This document shows positions 41,101 through 55,600 of a stretch of DNA of 64,000 bases, piece by piece. The position numbers and the translations under genes are program-made. Under the pieces are notes generated by a model. It did no database searches, was not told the DNA's origin, and saw nothing but the letters and a program-made list of their open reading frames with translations. Each line of letters begins with the position of its first letter. Positions within the stretch are counted from its first letter, which is position 1. This DNA is from Mytilus californianus (lineage: Eukaryota): contig NW_026262593.1 in the NCBI RefSeq assembly GCF_021869535.1, positions 39,246,001 through 39,310,000 on the forward strand, read 5' to 3'.

Positions 41101-44100
41101 AGATTGTTCAAAATAAATTAGATTCATTAGAGCAAGCAGTCACTGTCAAGTCATATTCATTTGAACATAATATATGTACATAATATATGTACATAATATA
41201 TGTACATATTATATATAAAAGTGCAAAACCAATAATATATTTCATTGTATCATTTTCATGAAAAAGACTTTTTTTTTTGGATATAATTTTGACATTTAAT
41301 GCTTAAAATGTTATTTTAAGTGTCAACACAAAAATTGTCATAAAACTGAATTGATTGAAAAATGGGGATCAAAACAGATTATAATTATACTTTATTTCAT
41401 AGTAAGTTTAAAAATCAACACATACTTCAGTAGTTTGCATTAGTAGGAAGAAAACGTATTTGATATACTTAATTAATGTACATTTAAGCATGTCCTCATA
41501 GTATCAACACAGTCACAAGTTTGCCAGATAACATTGTTTGCAGTCTGTCAGATACATGTACCAGTGTAGATTGTTGTATGGATGTTGAAGTACTGGACAA
41601 ATCATTCCACATTTCCTTGGATATTGATCCATGTTACCATAGACTGACAGTTGGTATCGAAAAGATGCAGTTTAACAGAAGTCTGCAAGACTGTAGTTGG
41701 GGTAAGAGATATACTAATTATCTCCAAAGCAATTTTTTATTTTCATAATTTGGTATAATGTAGTTTTTGACTTGTCAGTCAGTCTGTTAGTCATTTTGGT
41801 TTCTAGATACTGACTCAAATACTTTTTGTCAATTTGCAACCTTACTTGAATAACTGGTCATTTATAATGAGAGGTAGATCCCTATTGATTTTGAGGTCAA
41901 TTTCTCCAATGTCGAAGTTATTAAAAAAAAAAAATTTGCTGGAAGTTTTTTCTGGATGCTAAATTAAATACTATTTCTGGGGTTGTAAACCTGATCTTGG
42001 ATATATGGTCACATATATTAAAAAAAAAATAGATATTGCCATTCATTGATAAAATACATCAAATGAGACAATTATATATGCACATCTAAGACAAACTAGT
42101 TATGTGAGTTCTCAATCTAATCCCGTTTAAATTGATCAGTGGAATAAGGCTGATAACACAATGTTCAGACAGGATACTAGAAGGTCAATTAACTGCTGTT
42201 TACTTCTTTATGTTAATATATTATCTTTTTAAAATCATGGCATTTCATTAATATTATTTCAAACCTTCTATGACTTTAGAAAAAAAATAATTATGTTTTA
42301 GTTTAAACAATATTTTATTCAGATAACAAGCAAACATTGCTTTTATTAATCTGTCTCCTAGTAAGCAAATACATTTCTTATATGGTCATAATAATGTAAG
42401 TATGGCATGTTCTGAATTAGTCAGTTTGTAAGAAAAAAAATGTAAGATATTGAAGTTTCATTAAAAAAAAAAAAAAATACTGAATAAACGTGATAAATAG
42501 TATAGAGTGTTGTGTGCAGAATGAAATGCTTAGGTTTTATAAAGTTTTAGTGTGCTATTATAAATGCTTTATGAAATGAATAACTTTCTTCCATATATTA
42601 TTTAACTAATTAATTTTATGTTCTATCTTTTCAGGTACAACTTTAACTGTATCTTTGATGGGAATCATTAATATGTAGTAGGTTTTTTTCTAATATTTTT
42701 TAAAACTCAAAAGCAAAATCAATTTTCAAAGTGTTTTGAACTTTTTATTTCCAAATGAAAGAAAATGTCACAATGACAGTTATTGCAGTGGACAATAAGA
42801 ATTGAAATCACTTTTCTTACATTTTATTTATACATTGAGTAATTGAAAATATATTTCTTTCAAAGTTTTACAATAGATGATTTGCCAGATGACAAGATGT
42901 TTATCGTCAGTATGAATGTGTCAGTTTGTTTTGATGCTAACAGTACTTGTGATGAAGAAATTGTGAATATTCTAAATGATGCTCTGTTACCAAAACAACA
43001 ATGTGAATTCCCTGAAGACTTTATTGTAAGAGGTGAGACACATGAATTATGTATTAAAACTTGTTAATTGAATTGGAAGATTCTGTGTTTAATGTGAATA
43101 AAAGAAAGGGATCATGGGACGAATAAATTGTTCTTTTTTCACCCTTGTAACTTGTCTTCATATAATTCTGATCTTTTCTCTTAGATGATTTTCAGAGCAA
43201 AAAATCATGGCACACATTTTTACACTCATTTTTGCATTCATGACATGCAGGGTTTTCCTTGGATTAATTTTCGTGTTCGCCACCTCTTTCCTCAAAACAA
43301 TATATTTTTCGCCACTTTCAATTTTTTTCGCCAACTCACATAAACATATTTTTCGTTTAAAATGTTCCTTCTTTCTTACATAAAAAAATCAGAATGCTGC
43401 ACTGTTTTGTTTATTATAATTCTACATATCTGTTTATTAATTTACATTGTAATAAATAAACACTCAATAATAGCAAACATTTACTTTTTAAAAGATATGT
43501 AAAATTGCAACATAAGATCATAAAATCATCATTTTTGACTTCTAGGAACACAGGATTAATCTTCAATAAGTTTATCCGATACTTCCTGTCTAGTTGAAGG
43601 ATAAAGACTAAAGTCCGAGATTTTTCTTACTTTTGAATATATTTCAACAGTTTTCTCTTCCGGACCATTCTTAAAAGAAAAAGTCAAGACATAAAACTGC
43701 TTCATACACGTGCGTCACTAAAATGCTAAAACGATTGTTAAGGTGGTACCTAACACTACAGGGAGATAACTCTGTAAAAATCAGCTAAACGTTTTAATTA
43801 CGTTGTATTGTTAAGGAAATATTAAGCTTCCCAATGATCAAAATTAGTGTTTGTCAAATTGCTATATAACCAAAGAAATTTTTCTGATAAAGTGGTTGGT
43901 TCAAATTTTTTGAAATTTTTATATTTTTGTCAAAGGGTCAAGGTAAACATTTTGTCAAAATTTTATGAAAATTAAACGAGCCAAATTAATATTAGTCAAG
44001 GTGTTGGGTACCACCTTAAGTACCCACTTCAAAACAATTATTTCTATCAAAGTTAAAGGATAAAGTTTAAAGTCAGAGATTTTTTTACTTTTGAACATTT

Positions 44101-47100
44101 TTCGTCATAACAACAGTTTTCTTTCCCATACCATCGTTAAAAGACTATGCTTCAGACACGTGAGTCGCTAAAATGATTGGGAAGTAAAACAATTATTTCT
44201 ATCGAAGTTGTAAATAAAATGATAAGGTGACATGTGATGCCATTTAACCACACCAATTCATTAATACCTTTATTAATTAGTCCATTGTTGCCGATAGCTA
44301 TAAAATGCTATCAGCTGATAATTATTATACCCCTGCTTTAAAAAAGTGGGGGTATACTGTTTTACCTCTGTCTGTCCGTCCGTCCGCTATACCGTGTGAT
44401 GCATTTTCAGATTCATCACTCAACAACTTCCTGTTTACCGAACACTTACATCATTTTAGAAATGAGTAGCCAAGTTGAAAATTTTTGTCACATTTTTCTC
44501 AGGAACTACAATACAAGGATTTCTGAAATTTGGTTTCATAGTTTATATAAGTCAGCTATACCATGTGATGCTTTTTCTGATTCATCACTCAACAACTTCC
44601 TGTTTACCGAAATATTTGGGCGTGGTATCATCAATGAGCAGTAGCTCGCAGTTTCACTTGTTGAATTTCTGTCAAAATCTAAACGAGTTCAGCATTGTCT
44701 GATCAGGGAAAAAATCTATGAAACCTGAAAAAAAGTAAACAAGATGGACGAAGTCGAACCGTTATATTTCTTTTGCCAAATTCTTTCGCCAATATTGAAT
44801 TTTAATCGCCACAATTTTTATTTTTTTGCAAAATGCGAAAATGGCAACCACCAGTGGAAACCCTGATGACATGACTTTTCATTGCCAGTGGTTGACAAAT
44901 ATGTCTTTTATAGCCGTTCTTCATGATTCAAAGTCACAGTAAGGCTGCCTTCAACATGTAGCAAAAACTCACCTAAGTACAAGTTTCAAGATTTTTTCAA
45001 TATACTTGATGAAATTCCTTGATGTTACTTTTTATCATATTGCAGACTTTTCTCTAACCAAATGGATGTCGGATAGAGATATAATTCTAACAGATGTGTT
45101 AAAAGAGTATATGATTTATCAGATTCTTGAAGAGCTTGATGTTTCATCTTTTTTGAATGAATATTCATGTGATAGATTGAATTCACCATGGGGACCAACA
45201 AGTGATGGTTGGGTAAAAGGTAAGGATATAATGTACCTTTGGAAGGTTAAAAAGAGCAGCATGTGAATTATAAAATACATCCTACACAACTCTCTATACT
45301 AGCAATAGTCAATCAATCATACATCTTTATAGAATATATAGAAATTTGTATATGCTTAGACCAAAAATTTACAGCATGGAAGAATGATTTACTATTGAAT
45401 AAATTAACAACAGAATCAACTGTTTTCTCTTTTGGAAAAAGGGGGAGCAGTTATATGTCTTGCAGACACAGAAAATATCACAAAAGGGGGAGGGGTATCA
45501 TATGAGGATACTTGCAGGCAGAAAACAAAATTATAAATCATTTAGAATTTGTGATCAAAGGCTATTGTTTTTGTGTTTATTTTTTGTGATATTGGGTAAC
45601 TGTTGTATTGATGTATACCCCACATCTTGTATTCATTATTATTTATTTTAAACAATTTAAAGATATGTCTTAAGAATGTCCAGAAAAAAATGTTAGATAC
45701 ATAAATAAATTGCAGAAACATGTATATATATGTTAGGTTGTTGCCTCATTAATGTTTTTCCACATTTCCTTTTATTCATATCTATCAACATTTTACATCT
45801 GTAGATGATTAAAGCTATATATAAGCTTCATGTAGCAGGAATATAATACATAAAGCAAGAAAAACTTTTTGCATCTTTTTGCCTGTCACATATTTTTCTT
45901 GAAGATGGGATCAAATTACTTGGCATAAATACCTCTTTTTGTATTTCAGAATGCCCTAAGTATTTAACACTTCCATACTTGAATGGTGCAGAGAGTACAT
46001 GTATTATCATGGATACATGTACAGGAATAAAGTGTTGTGTGGAAGCACTATCTCTTGGAAGATCATTTGACTTCTCTTTTGAACTTGATGCGTGCAACTT
46101 CCAGTTAATCATTCGTATTGAGAAGTTTGTTTACAATGAAACCCTTGTAAATTATGTCTATGGTAAGAATATTCAGTAAATACAGTAAAATAACAGATGC
46201 AGCATTTTAGCTTTGTGTAAAAAAAAAATTCTTTAAATTTGCAATAAATGATGACATGGAAGACAAAATTGGAATAACCAATTAAAATGTTAATTATTTT
46301 GATTTCTAAATCAAATGAAATTGTACCAATTGATTTTTATGATGCTTTTACTTTTTCCAGGAACACAGCATCAACTTTATTTGAAAGGAGTTTTCTTAGT
46401 CCAGTAAGTTTTTTATAAACACATTCTCCTTTGTGTTTAATATAGCATTTTGAGACTACATTGGCAGGTGGATAATCTCTTTCACAATTTATCAGGGACT
46501 TTTGGGGTTTAACAGAGAAGTAAAAATGAAAATGTATGTATGTACATGAGCTTCATGAAGGTTAGCTACACTATAAAACCAATTTTCACACCTGACACAC
46601 ATTTCCATTCTGTTTACTGAATACAACTGGTGGTATTTAAGCTACACTTTTGGACTTATTTTCAAACCAATCTCTTAGATATTGACTTAAAATAAAAAGT
46701 CTATAGTTTAAGAACATATGTTGAATTGTAGATGTCATTTGTGGTTTTAAACTGCTGTCTCTGGTCTTAAACCAACATATCTCCTTTTAGCCATGATCAA
46801 AGTCAGGTTTAGACCATATACTGATCTTCTATCTTTTAAGGTCAAATTCCATTCATTGTTTATTAGACTTCTTTGCACAACATAGGAAAGCTGATCACTT
46901 GTGATGAAAAAAAGTCATGATTTTCAATGTCTAGGAAACTTTGTCATTTTGCAATTGAATTATATTTTCAAGGGATGGTTAATGCAGGGTTAATATAATA
47001 TTTTTATAAAAAAAATTCTAAAATATGCATTTTTTAGAAGTTAAGTATCATTCAACTGTTTGCTTCATTGTTTTTTGCTTTGACAATTCATAACATGCCA

Positions 47101-49645
47101 GTATAATATAGAAGTAAATATTTCACACATACACTTATTGTATGATAAGTACATTTTCATCTACATTTAGGTATATCATTGATGAGTTACCAGCTTCAGA
47201 TGAGTATATAGTGTCTCTAAGTCTTGGTGTATGCTTGGAACCTACAGAACCCCATTGTATGATAAAAAGAGTTGTAGCAGATAAAACAAGCTTACCTAAG
47301 CCATCTTGTGATTGGGACCAAGGATATGCAATTAAGAGTAAATAACTTATGATTATGATGTTGACTTTTAATTTGACCTGTACCTGTAATTTGAAAATAT
47401 TGATTTTGATAATTATAAGGTTGTAACAAATCTGTTTAACGAAGGAATTTTTGTATGGGGTTCTCCTTGACACAAGAGCCCTATGGGGTACTGTTTTGGT
47501 GTCAATCATCTGGTGTCATAAACTTTTTCATAAATATTCTCCTAAACTACTTGGGCAATTGGAACAAAGCATGGGCTGCACCATTCTTAATGGGTATACT
47601 TTGAAATTTATGTATGAGGTCTCTGCTGTTAAACTGACATGGTGGCTATTGATAAAAATAATACAATATGGTAAGATAAACAAAATTCAATTAAACAAAC
47701 TAAAAATCCTGTATTTGACAAATTTTTAGCAAATGATGCATTTGTATAAATGCCAATGAGGTAACTACCCACCAGAGATCAAAGGACATGGATATAAGCA
47801 ACTAAATGTCACCATCAGGCTTTCAACAATGAGCAAACCCATACCTTATAGTAAGTTATCAAAGGCCCAGGCATGACAATGTGAAAAAAAGTTCAAACAA
47901 AAAAATCAAGTCAGATTTATTGAAACCTATTGTCTTAATAGTGGCTATTGTTGCTGAAAACAGAACATATACTAGTAGATAGATAAAAAAGGATAAAGAT
48001 ATTTAAAAAAAATTCTGAACAATCCTGAAACAGACTAATTGCTTTAAAACTAAAAAGAAAAGATAAGTGATCCCCTTTAATATTTATGGCAAATGACCCC
48101 TTAGTATATATTGCTATATTTTTTGTAGACTTTTCACTTGAAAATTGGGCACATGTAAGAGGCTTAGATTTTGATAATCTCACAGAGCTGGCAATTTTAA
48201 AAGTTTTGAGAGACCTTGGAATATCCAAGTTCCTGAGGAATCCTTCATGTGACAGAAATGGCTCATCTTTTCAGCCTGAAATGAATGGTTGGAAAAAAGG
48301 TAAAATAAATACTTGAGCAATAAAAATATGCACAATGTTTGTTGTTTATCATGTTCATATGCAGCCTATTAAAAAAGTCGACATAATGTGTTTTCGTATT
48401 AATTTTGAGTACAATTCAGTACATCCCCAGTACAACAGATTACAAATAGTATATGATTAAAGTATATACAAGTTAGATTAAGTGAGGTGTCAGCTTTTTA
48501 AACCTTCAAAGTTGGAGATATTCCCATCTGGAAAATGTGTTATTGATGTTAAAATATGCATGAAACGTTTTAATAAACTGATTTCAAATTATATTTTCAG
48601 ATTGTCCTATAACAACAACACTTCCTAATCTTCATCCAGGAATGACTTGTGTACTGTTATCATCCTGTACTACAGTAGACTGTTGTTTTGATGTCAATAT
48701 AATAAATCACTCATTCAATGTTAAATTACAGCTAGATCCTTGTAATAAAAATCTCGTGGTTGGCATTGAAGACTTTGCAATTGCCATCTCTCTTTATGAT
48801 TTTGAATGGGGTAAGTTACCATAATTCAAATTATTTTAATGTATAAAACACAAACTGAAGATCATGGTACAACTATTTTCTAGAACTATTGGTGGAGATG
48901 TAACAGTGGTTTGATTCCGCCAGTGTACTTTATTTGGAGGATGAAAATTCCTAGTGTTTTTTATCCATCAACAAAAATTCACTAGGTTTTTTCATCTGGG
49001 TCCAGTATATAAATAACACATAGCTGAGAGGGTGATAGAGCAGATTGTTACCCCGAGAAAACATTGTCAACTGAGGCGAAGCCAAGGTTGACAATGTCTT
49101 TTCGAGGGGTAACAATCTGCTCTATCACCCTCTCAGATATGTGTTATTTAATTTATTATACTGAATGTTCTGTTATTACTGTCTATTAAATTTCAAATTC
49201 AAAGTAATAAACTATGACGTCTTGTACATAACAACCATCCGTATTTAATAAAGCGCACACTTGATCAAGCGTCTCCGTGAAGGGTTATAGAGTATTTACC
49301 ATAGGATAGAGTAAATTGTCTCCCTCGTATTAACCAATCAAAATCTGGCATTTTGACATGAAGTATAATAATGTAAAATATCCACCACCCATCTTAAGAT
49401 TCTAAAGAGGATTTTTTGAAGGGGAAAGATATAAAAAATGGGGCTTTATATTTTTTGGGGGTATTTGAATTAACTAAAACTTGCATAGTTGATTTATGTA
49501 AAAAAAAAAAATGGACAAAGTAAACTAGTGTTTTTCATCCAAGGAATGTTCACACAAATGTTTTTGAACAAGGAATGATTACACTAGTGCTTTGGTACCA
49601 GGAATGATTACACAAGAGATTTTGATCCAGGAATGCTTACACTAG

Positions 49646-49692
<47 letters not shown>

Positions 49693-52600
49693 ACGTCCGT
49701 CTGTCCGTCCGTCCATCAGTCCGTCAGTCCTATTTCTTGTCATCGCAACTCCTCTCAAACCACACAACAGAATTTCACGAAACCTTTTTAGATAATAAGG
49801 ACATACTATGTAGTTGTGCATATCGACAGGAAATTACGATTCAATTCTTTTTCTAGGAGTTATGCTCCTTTGAACTTATTTACTTTAATGTACTACTGCA
49901 ACAGTTTGTCATCGCAACTCCTCTCAAACCACACAACAGAATTTCATGAAACCTTTTCAGATAATAAGGACATGCTAAGTAGATGTGCATATCGACAGGA
50001 AATTACGATTCAATTTTTTTTCCAGGAGTTACGCCCCTTTGAACTTATTTGCCTAATATACTACTGCAACCTTTTGTCATCGCAACTCCTCTCAAACCAC
50101 ACAACAGAATTTCATGAAACCTTTTCAGATAATAAGGACATACTACGTAGATGTGCATATCGACAAGAAATTACGATTCAATTTTTTTCCAGGAGTTACG
50201 CCCCTTTGAACTTATTTGCCCAATATACTACTGCAACCTTTTGTCATCGCAACTCCTCTCAAACCACACAACAGAATTTCATGAAACTGTGTAGATAATA
50301 AGGACATACTATGTAGATGGCATATTGACAGAAATTATGATTCAATTTTTTTTTCTTGGACTTATTTTATTTCTCCAATGACAATGTGGGGACGTGGGGT
50401 ATGTGAGCGCGCTCACTAAGGTTCTTTCATTTTGAACCGGGATTGATTACACTAGTGGTTTAGATCCAAACATTGATGAAGTGTTTAGTACTAATTTTGA
50501 ACACATGATAACACAATAATGCTTTATTCACAATTTAGATTTAAATAAATTGTTACTAATTGTAATATTCCTATATACTTGATTGCCGAAGTTTTTCTAT
50601 GCATTTGCGTTTTGGTCGACTTGGAGATAAAATCATTTTCACTTGAATCTTCATGATATTTTAATCATCCATTTCAGAAGTTAGTGCGAATACCCCGTCA
50701 AATTATATTATATGTTGTACGACTTTTAATACTTTTAATACTATATCATAAAATGCTAGATTGATGAACTGGTTCCTTGAAAATTTTATTAATTGTAACC
50801 CATTAATTTATGTAAACAATAAACTGGTCTTATATAAACAAAAAAACGATATCAAGATCAACGCTTTCACACTATTTACATCCATTATATTCTCTAGTGA
50901 AAAACAGGTACCCGGAATATATACACGGTGGAATGAATTTACGCTTACAGAGACAGCATGTTAACTTAAACATTAATTCAGTAGTTATTGAAAATACATT
51001 TAAAGCATGTGGAAAAGGTGGGCAATTTGTTCTCAAATCCAATGTCAACACCAAACCACCCAAATTCAAAAATACAGATTGCAAACATTTTAATTCAGTT
51101 GAAGGATTGAAAGAAGTATCATTTAAATGTATTATTTGACAGTAGAATTGATCTAGATATAAGCTTAAAAACATTTGTAGGTCATGATTTTTATATTTTT
51201 TGTCTTGGTGGGTTTTCTAAGCAAACAATTTACTGCCAATTGAGTATATTCTTGAAATGTCATTTATCATGTTTATTGAATAAGCTGAGGGGAAGAAAAT
51301 TCCTTTCGTAAATTTTCAAAAGGAATAATGTCACTTGTTTGAAAAACATTCTTTCACCTCTGAAAAATCCAATTTTGAGGGAAGAAACATAATTCTGCAA
51401 GCTTTCTCCTCCTTTTCGACAGTCTGGGAAAAAAAAGAAATTAGTTCGTAGTGGCCTTTTGAAAACATTTGTCTGAATTTTTTTGTTTTCAGTGCTTTTT
51501 GTATGTGAAATTTGGATTTGGATTGTACATGATTACAATTTTACTATCACAAATTACTATTGCAGGGAGAATTGTTTTTCTTGACAATCTTTATTAATTA
51601 TTTTTTTTTAAATTCAAATTGCATGGTTTAGCTAATGTACAGAATTGGAGGAATTTCTGATCAATTATTAAGACAACATTAAATATTTAAAAAAAAAAGT
51701 GTTCATGCTTTGATAATTTTTAAATTAAAATGTAAACTGAAATTTTATAAGGAAATTTAATAAAGAGTCAATAAGAAATCATACATTTCAGAAAACATTT
51801 CTTCCACACTTTAAACTTAAAAAGTATTGATGATTTCATGAAAAGTTCCACTTTTATAGTATTTCTTATGTTCTATACATTCATTATGCAGAATTTTATT
51901 GACATAGATTCAAAAGTTAATCAATAATTTGTTCATCTGTAAATAATGAAATTGATATTCATACATTCAGTTGGATTTATTTCAGTAGACTAATAAATTA
52001 TAAATTTTCTTTATATTTTAGGAGTCAAACAGAATCTGTATATGAAAAATGTTGTCCGTATTGAGTAAGTAATAATATTTGGTATATAACATTTGTTTGA
52101 CATGCCTTGAAATCAGTAATGGCTATTTCTGTTATGGGCTATTTTTCATTTGCTCCAGATGTTCCGATATGGATAAAAGAATATGTGGGTTATACTTCTA
52201 TGAGACAGTGACCCAAAGAATGATTTGACAAAAAACTTCTAGAGGGCAATATACATGCAATTTTCAACAGTAGACAGATGTTGAACTGGAGTGATAAGGT
52301 CATAATCATATAAACCAATAAAAATAAATTGAGTTTGCTTGGGTGATTTACTTTACACATTGGAATAGGAACATAACACACGGTTTGATTAAAAAGCATT
52401 TCTCATATGTTATTCCAGAGTTTTTACTGCCTTGGAGGTCTTGTGTAGCATGTTTGCCTTGAGTGTAGAAGGTATAGAAGGTTGTGGGTATGAACCCTGG
52501 TCTGGTCAAACCACCAAAGACATAAAAATTGCACTGCTAAGCATGTAGCATTTAGGAGTAAGAGTAAAGACTCATTGTCAGAGTAATGTGTCTGGGTAGG

Positions 52601-55600
52601 GTGACATGATTTCCTGCAGACTTAGCGCATTAAAAATCAGGCTATACACTTGCTATAATTTGCCACTTGATGTTAAACAGCCATCCATCCATCATTCCAT
52701 AGTTATGGGACTTTGACCATCGATAAATGAAGGGCATTTTTTAAATGTCATGCATTAGCCCTAGTATACTTGGAAACTAATGAAAAAGGAAAGTATGCTA
52801 GATACACTTACTGGAAATGTGAAGATATGGTTGAAGCTTTAAATTTTTTCCTGGACAACATATATGTACGTTTCGGCGATAGAGTGTATCGACAAGTAGT
52901 AGGTATTCCTATGGGCACTAACTGCGCCCCTTTAATAGCAGATTTATTCCTGTATTGCTATGAATCTCAGTTTATGACCAAACTCAGTAAAGACACGTCA
53001 TTGTTACATTTGGTTGATACATTCAACAATACCTTCCGTTATCTAGATGATATTTTTTCGTTAAATAATCCAGAGTTCTCTAAATATACTACTGAAATTT
53101 ACCCAATAGAACTTACTTTAACTAAATCTAACATAAACAGCAGTAGTTGTCCTTTTCTGGATTTGGACATTTCAATCTCTAAAGGAAAACTCCATACGAA
53201 AATTTACGACAAAAGAGACGATTTTTTATTCCCTATTGTTAATTTTCCTTTTTTAGACGGCGATGTTCCTTTGGCTCCATCATACGGTGTTTATATATCC
53301 CAACTAGTTCGTTATGCCCGTGTGTGTAGTGATGTCATAGATTTTAACGAACGTAATCAATGTATCACTGGTAAATTATTAAATCAAGGATTTGGTTACC
53401 ATAAATTACGTAAAACTTTTGCTAAGTTCTTTCATAGATACAAAGATTTGATTAGTAAATTTGGCTGTACTTGTAGAAAACTGATTAAAAACGGTATTTC
53501 ACATCCTTAATTTTACGGTAATATTGTACTTAAAGCGCGGAAATCACTATGTGATCCGTGTAAACTCATCGAACCTTTAAACAAACTTATTAGTAAAGGT
53601 TATCTTACCAATGTTGTAATTAGATCTTTGAATATAGTTTACATTGGCACTAATATCGATTTTGTCATCAGCAAATTAAAACATAACTAAATTTGTATTT
53701 TTTTCAAGCGGGATGTATAAAGACACACCCACGTTCGTTTAGATCTATAAAGAGGTTAAACTCCTAACTATTCTACTGTCTGTCGATACATTTATTTTTG
53801 GCATTGCACTAGTCATGTCTTCTTTGACTGTCCATGACGTTAAAATACTAAATCCCTAGGATGTGTTTTAGTTGATTTTAGTCTCTGATGCATGATTTTT
53901 TATTATTAATTGTTTTGGCTTTTAACTAGCTGTCAGTAACTGCGAGTACTCTCAAATCGTACTTTCTTGTTTATTTGACCTGTTGATACTAATTGTATTG
54001 CTTTTTAGCTCACCTGACCTGAAAGGTCAAGTGAGCTTTTCTCATCACTTTGCGTCCGTCGTCCGTAAACTTTTACAAAAATCTTCTCCTCTGAAACTAC
54101 TGGGCCAAATGCACCCAAACTTAAACACAATCATCATTCAAGTATCTAGTTTAAAAAATGTGTCCGATGACCTCGCCAACCAACCAAGATGGCATCATGG
54201 CTAAAAATAGAACATAGGGGTAAAATGTAGATTTTGGCTTATATCTCTGAAACCAAAGCATTTAGAGTAAATCTGACAAGGGGAAAACCGATTATCAGGC
54301 CAAGATCTATCTGCCTTGAAATTTTCAGACAAATCTGACAACCTCTTGTTGGGTTGCTGCCCCTGAATTGGTAATTTTAAGGAAATTTTGCAGTTTTTGG
54401 TTATTATCTTGAATATTATTATAGATAGAGATAAACTGTAAACAGCAATAATGTTCAGCAAAGTAAGATCTACAAATAAGTTGTCATGACCAAAATTGTC
54501 AGTCGACCCCTTTAGGAGTTATTGCCCTTAATAGTCAATTTTTAACAATTTTTTGTAAATTTTTGTAATCTTTTACAAAAGTCTTCTTCTCTGAAACTAC
54601 TGAGACAAATTTAACCATACTTGGCCATAATCATTATTAGGGTATCTAGTTTAAAAAATTTGTCCGATGACCCTGCCTTCCAACCATCATGGCTGACTTG
54701 GTTAAAAATAGAACATAGGGGAAAATGCAGTTTTTGGTTTATATCTCTGAAACTAAAGCATTTAGAGCAAATCTGACAGGTGGCAAAAATGTTCATCAGA
54801 TTTAGATTTATCTGCCCTGAAATTTTCAGACGAATCCAACAACCTGTTGTTGGGTTGCTGCCCCTGAGTTAGTAATTTTACAAAAATTTTGCAGTTTTTT
54901 GTTATTATCTTAGATATCATTATAATATCTAATATCTAATACTATTAATTATGATTTTAACCTTATTTTACATGATTTCCAAAGCATCAGTAAATACAGG
55001 TGAGCGACACAGGCTCTTGAGAGCCTCTAGTTTGTTATTTAATGTTATTCAGGGTTATATCTGGTCTATATACCATCTTTGATAAGTGTTTGGTATAACT
55101 ATAAATTTTCACTTCGTACTATGAACATCAAAATTATTTATTTTGTAAAAATATTCCCTTTCTCTATTGGTACTGTACACGTATACCTAACAACAAAATT
55201 ATTTTCATTTACCTGTGTTTAAAGTTATTACAAATGGCTGATATTATTGTTCGAGCATATTGTTTTTCTTTAATTGTTTAACATTTCTTACCGATATAAC
55301 ATGTTACTTTTATTATTCTACCCTTAGTTTATTTATTTTGTATTTACATTGTGTCTTAGGTCAAATTTATTTGTTCAGTGTATGTTCAATGGTGTTAATA
55401 TGTCCTTTAATTGAGTTAAGCTATTTCAGTTGATATTTTATAGTGTGTCTTTCTATGTTGTGATGTTACACTACTGTTTCAGAAAAAGGGTGAAGGTTTG
55501 GTACCATTGAAATGTTTAAACCCGCTGCATTTGTTTGCACCTGTCCTAAGTCAGGAATCTGATGTTCAGTAGTTGTCGTTTGTTGATGTGGTTCATAAGT

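Larger units (their letters stand above)
43248..44865. mobile_element. non-autonomous hAT-type element with nested insertions
   Basis: 8-bp TSD ATGACATG (43240-43247, 44866-44873); TIR CAGGGTTTTCC / GGAAACCCTG. Confidence 0.85.

Noticed and set aside
50872-51174. Overlapping 80-100 aa ORFs on both strands
   Set aside because: No recognisable motif, no fit to the exon phase series, and within the length expected by chance.
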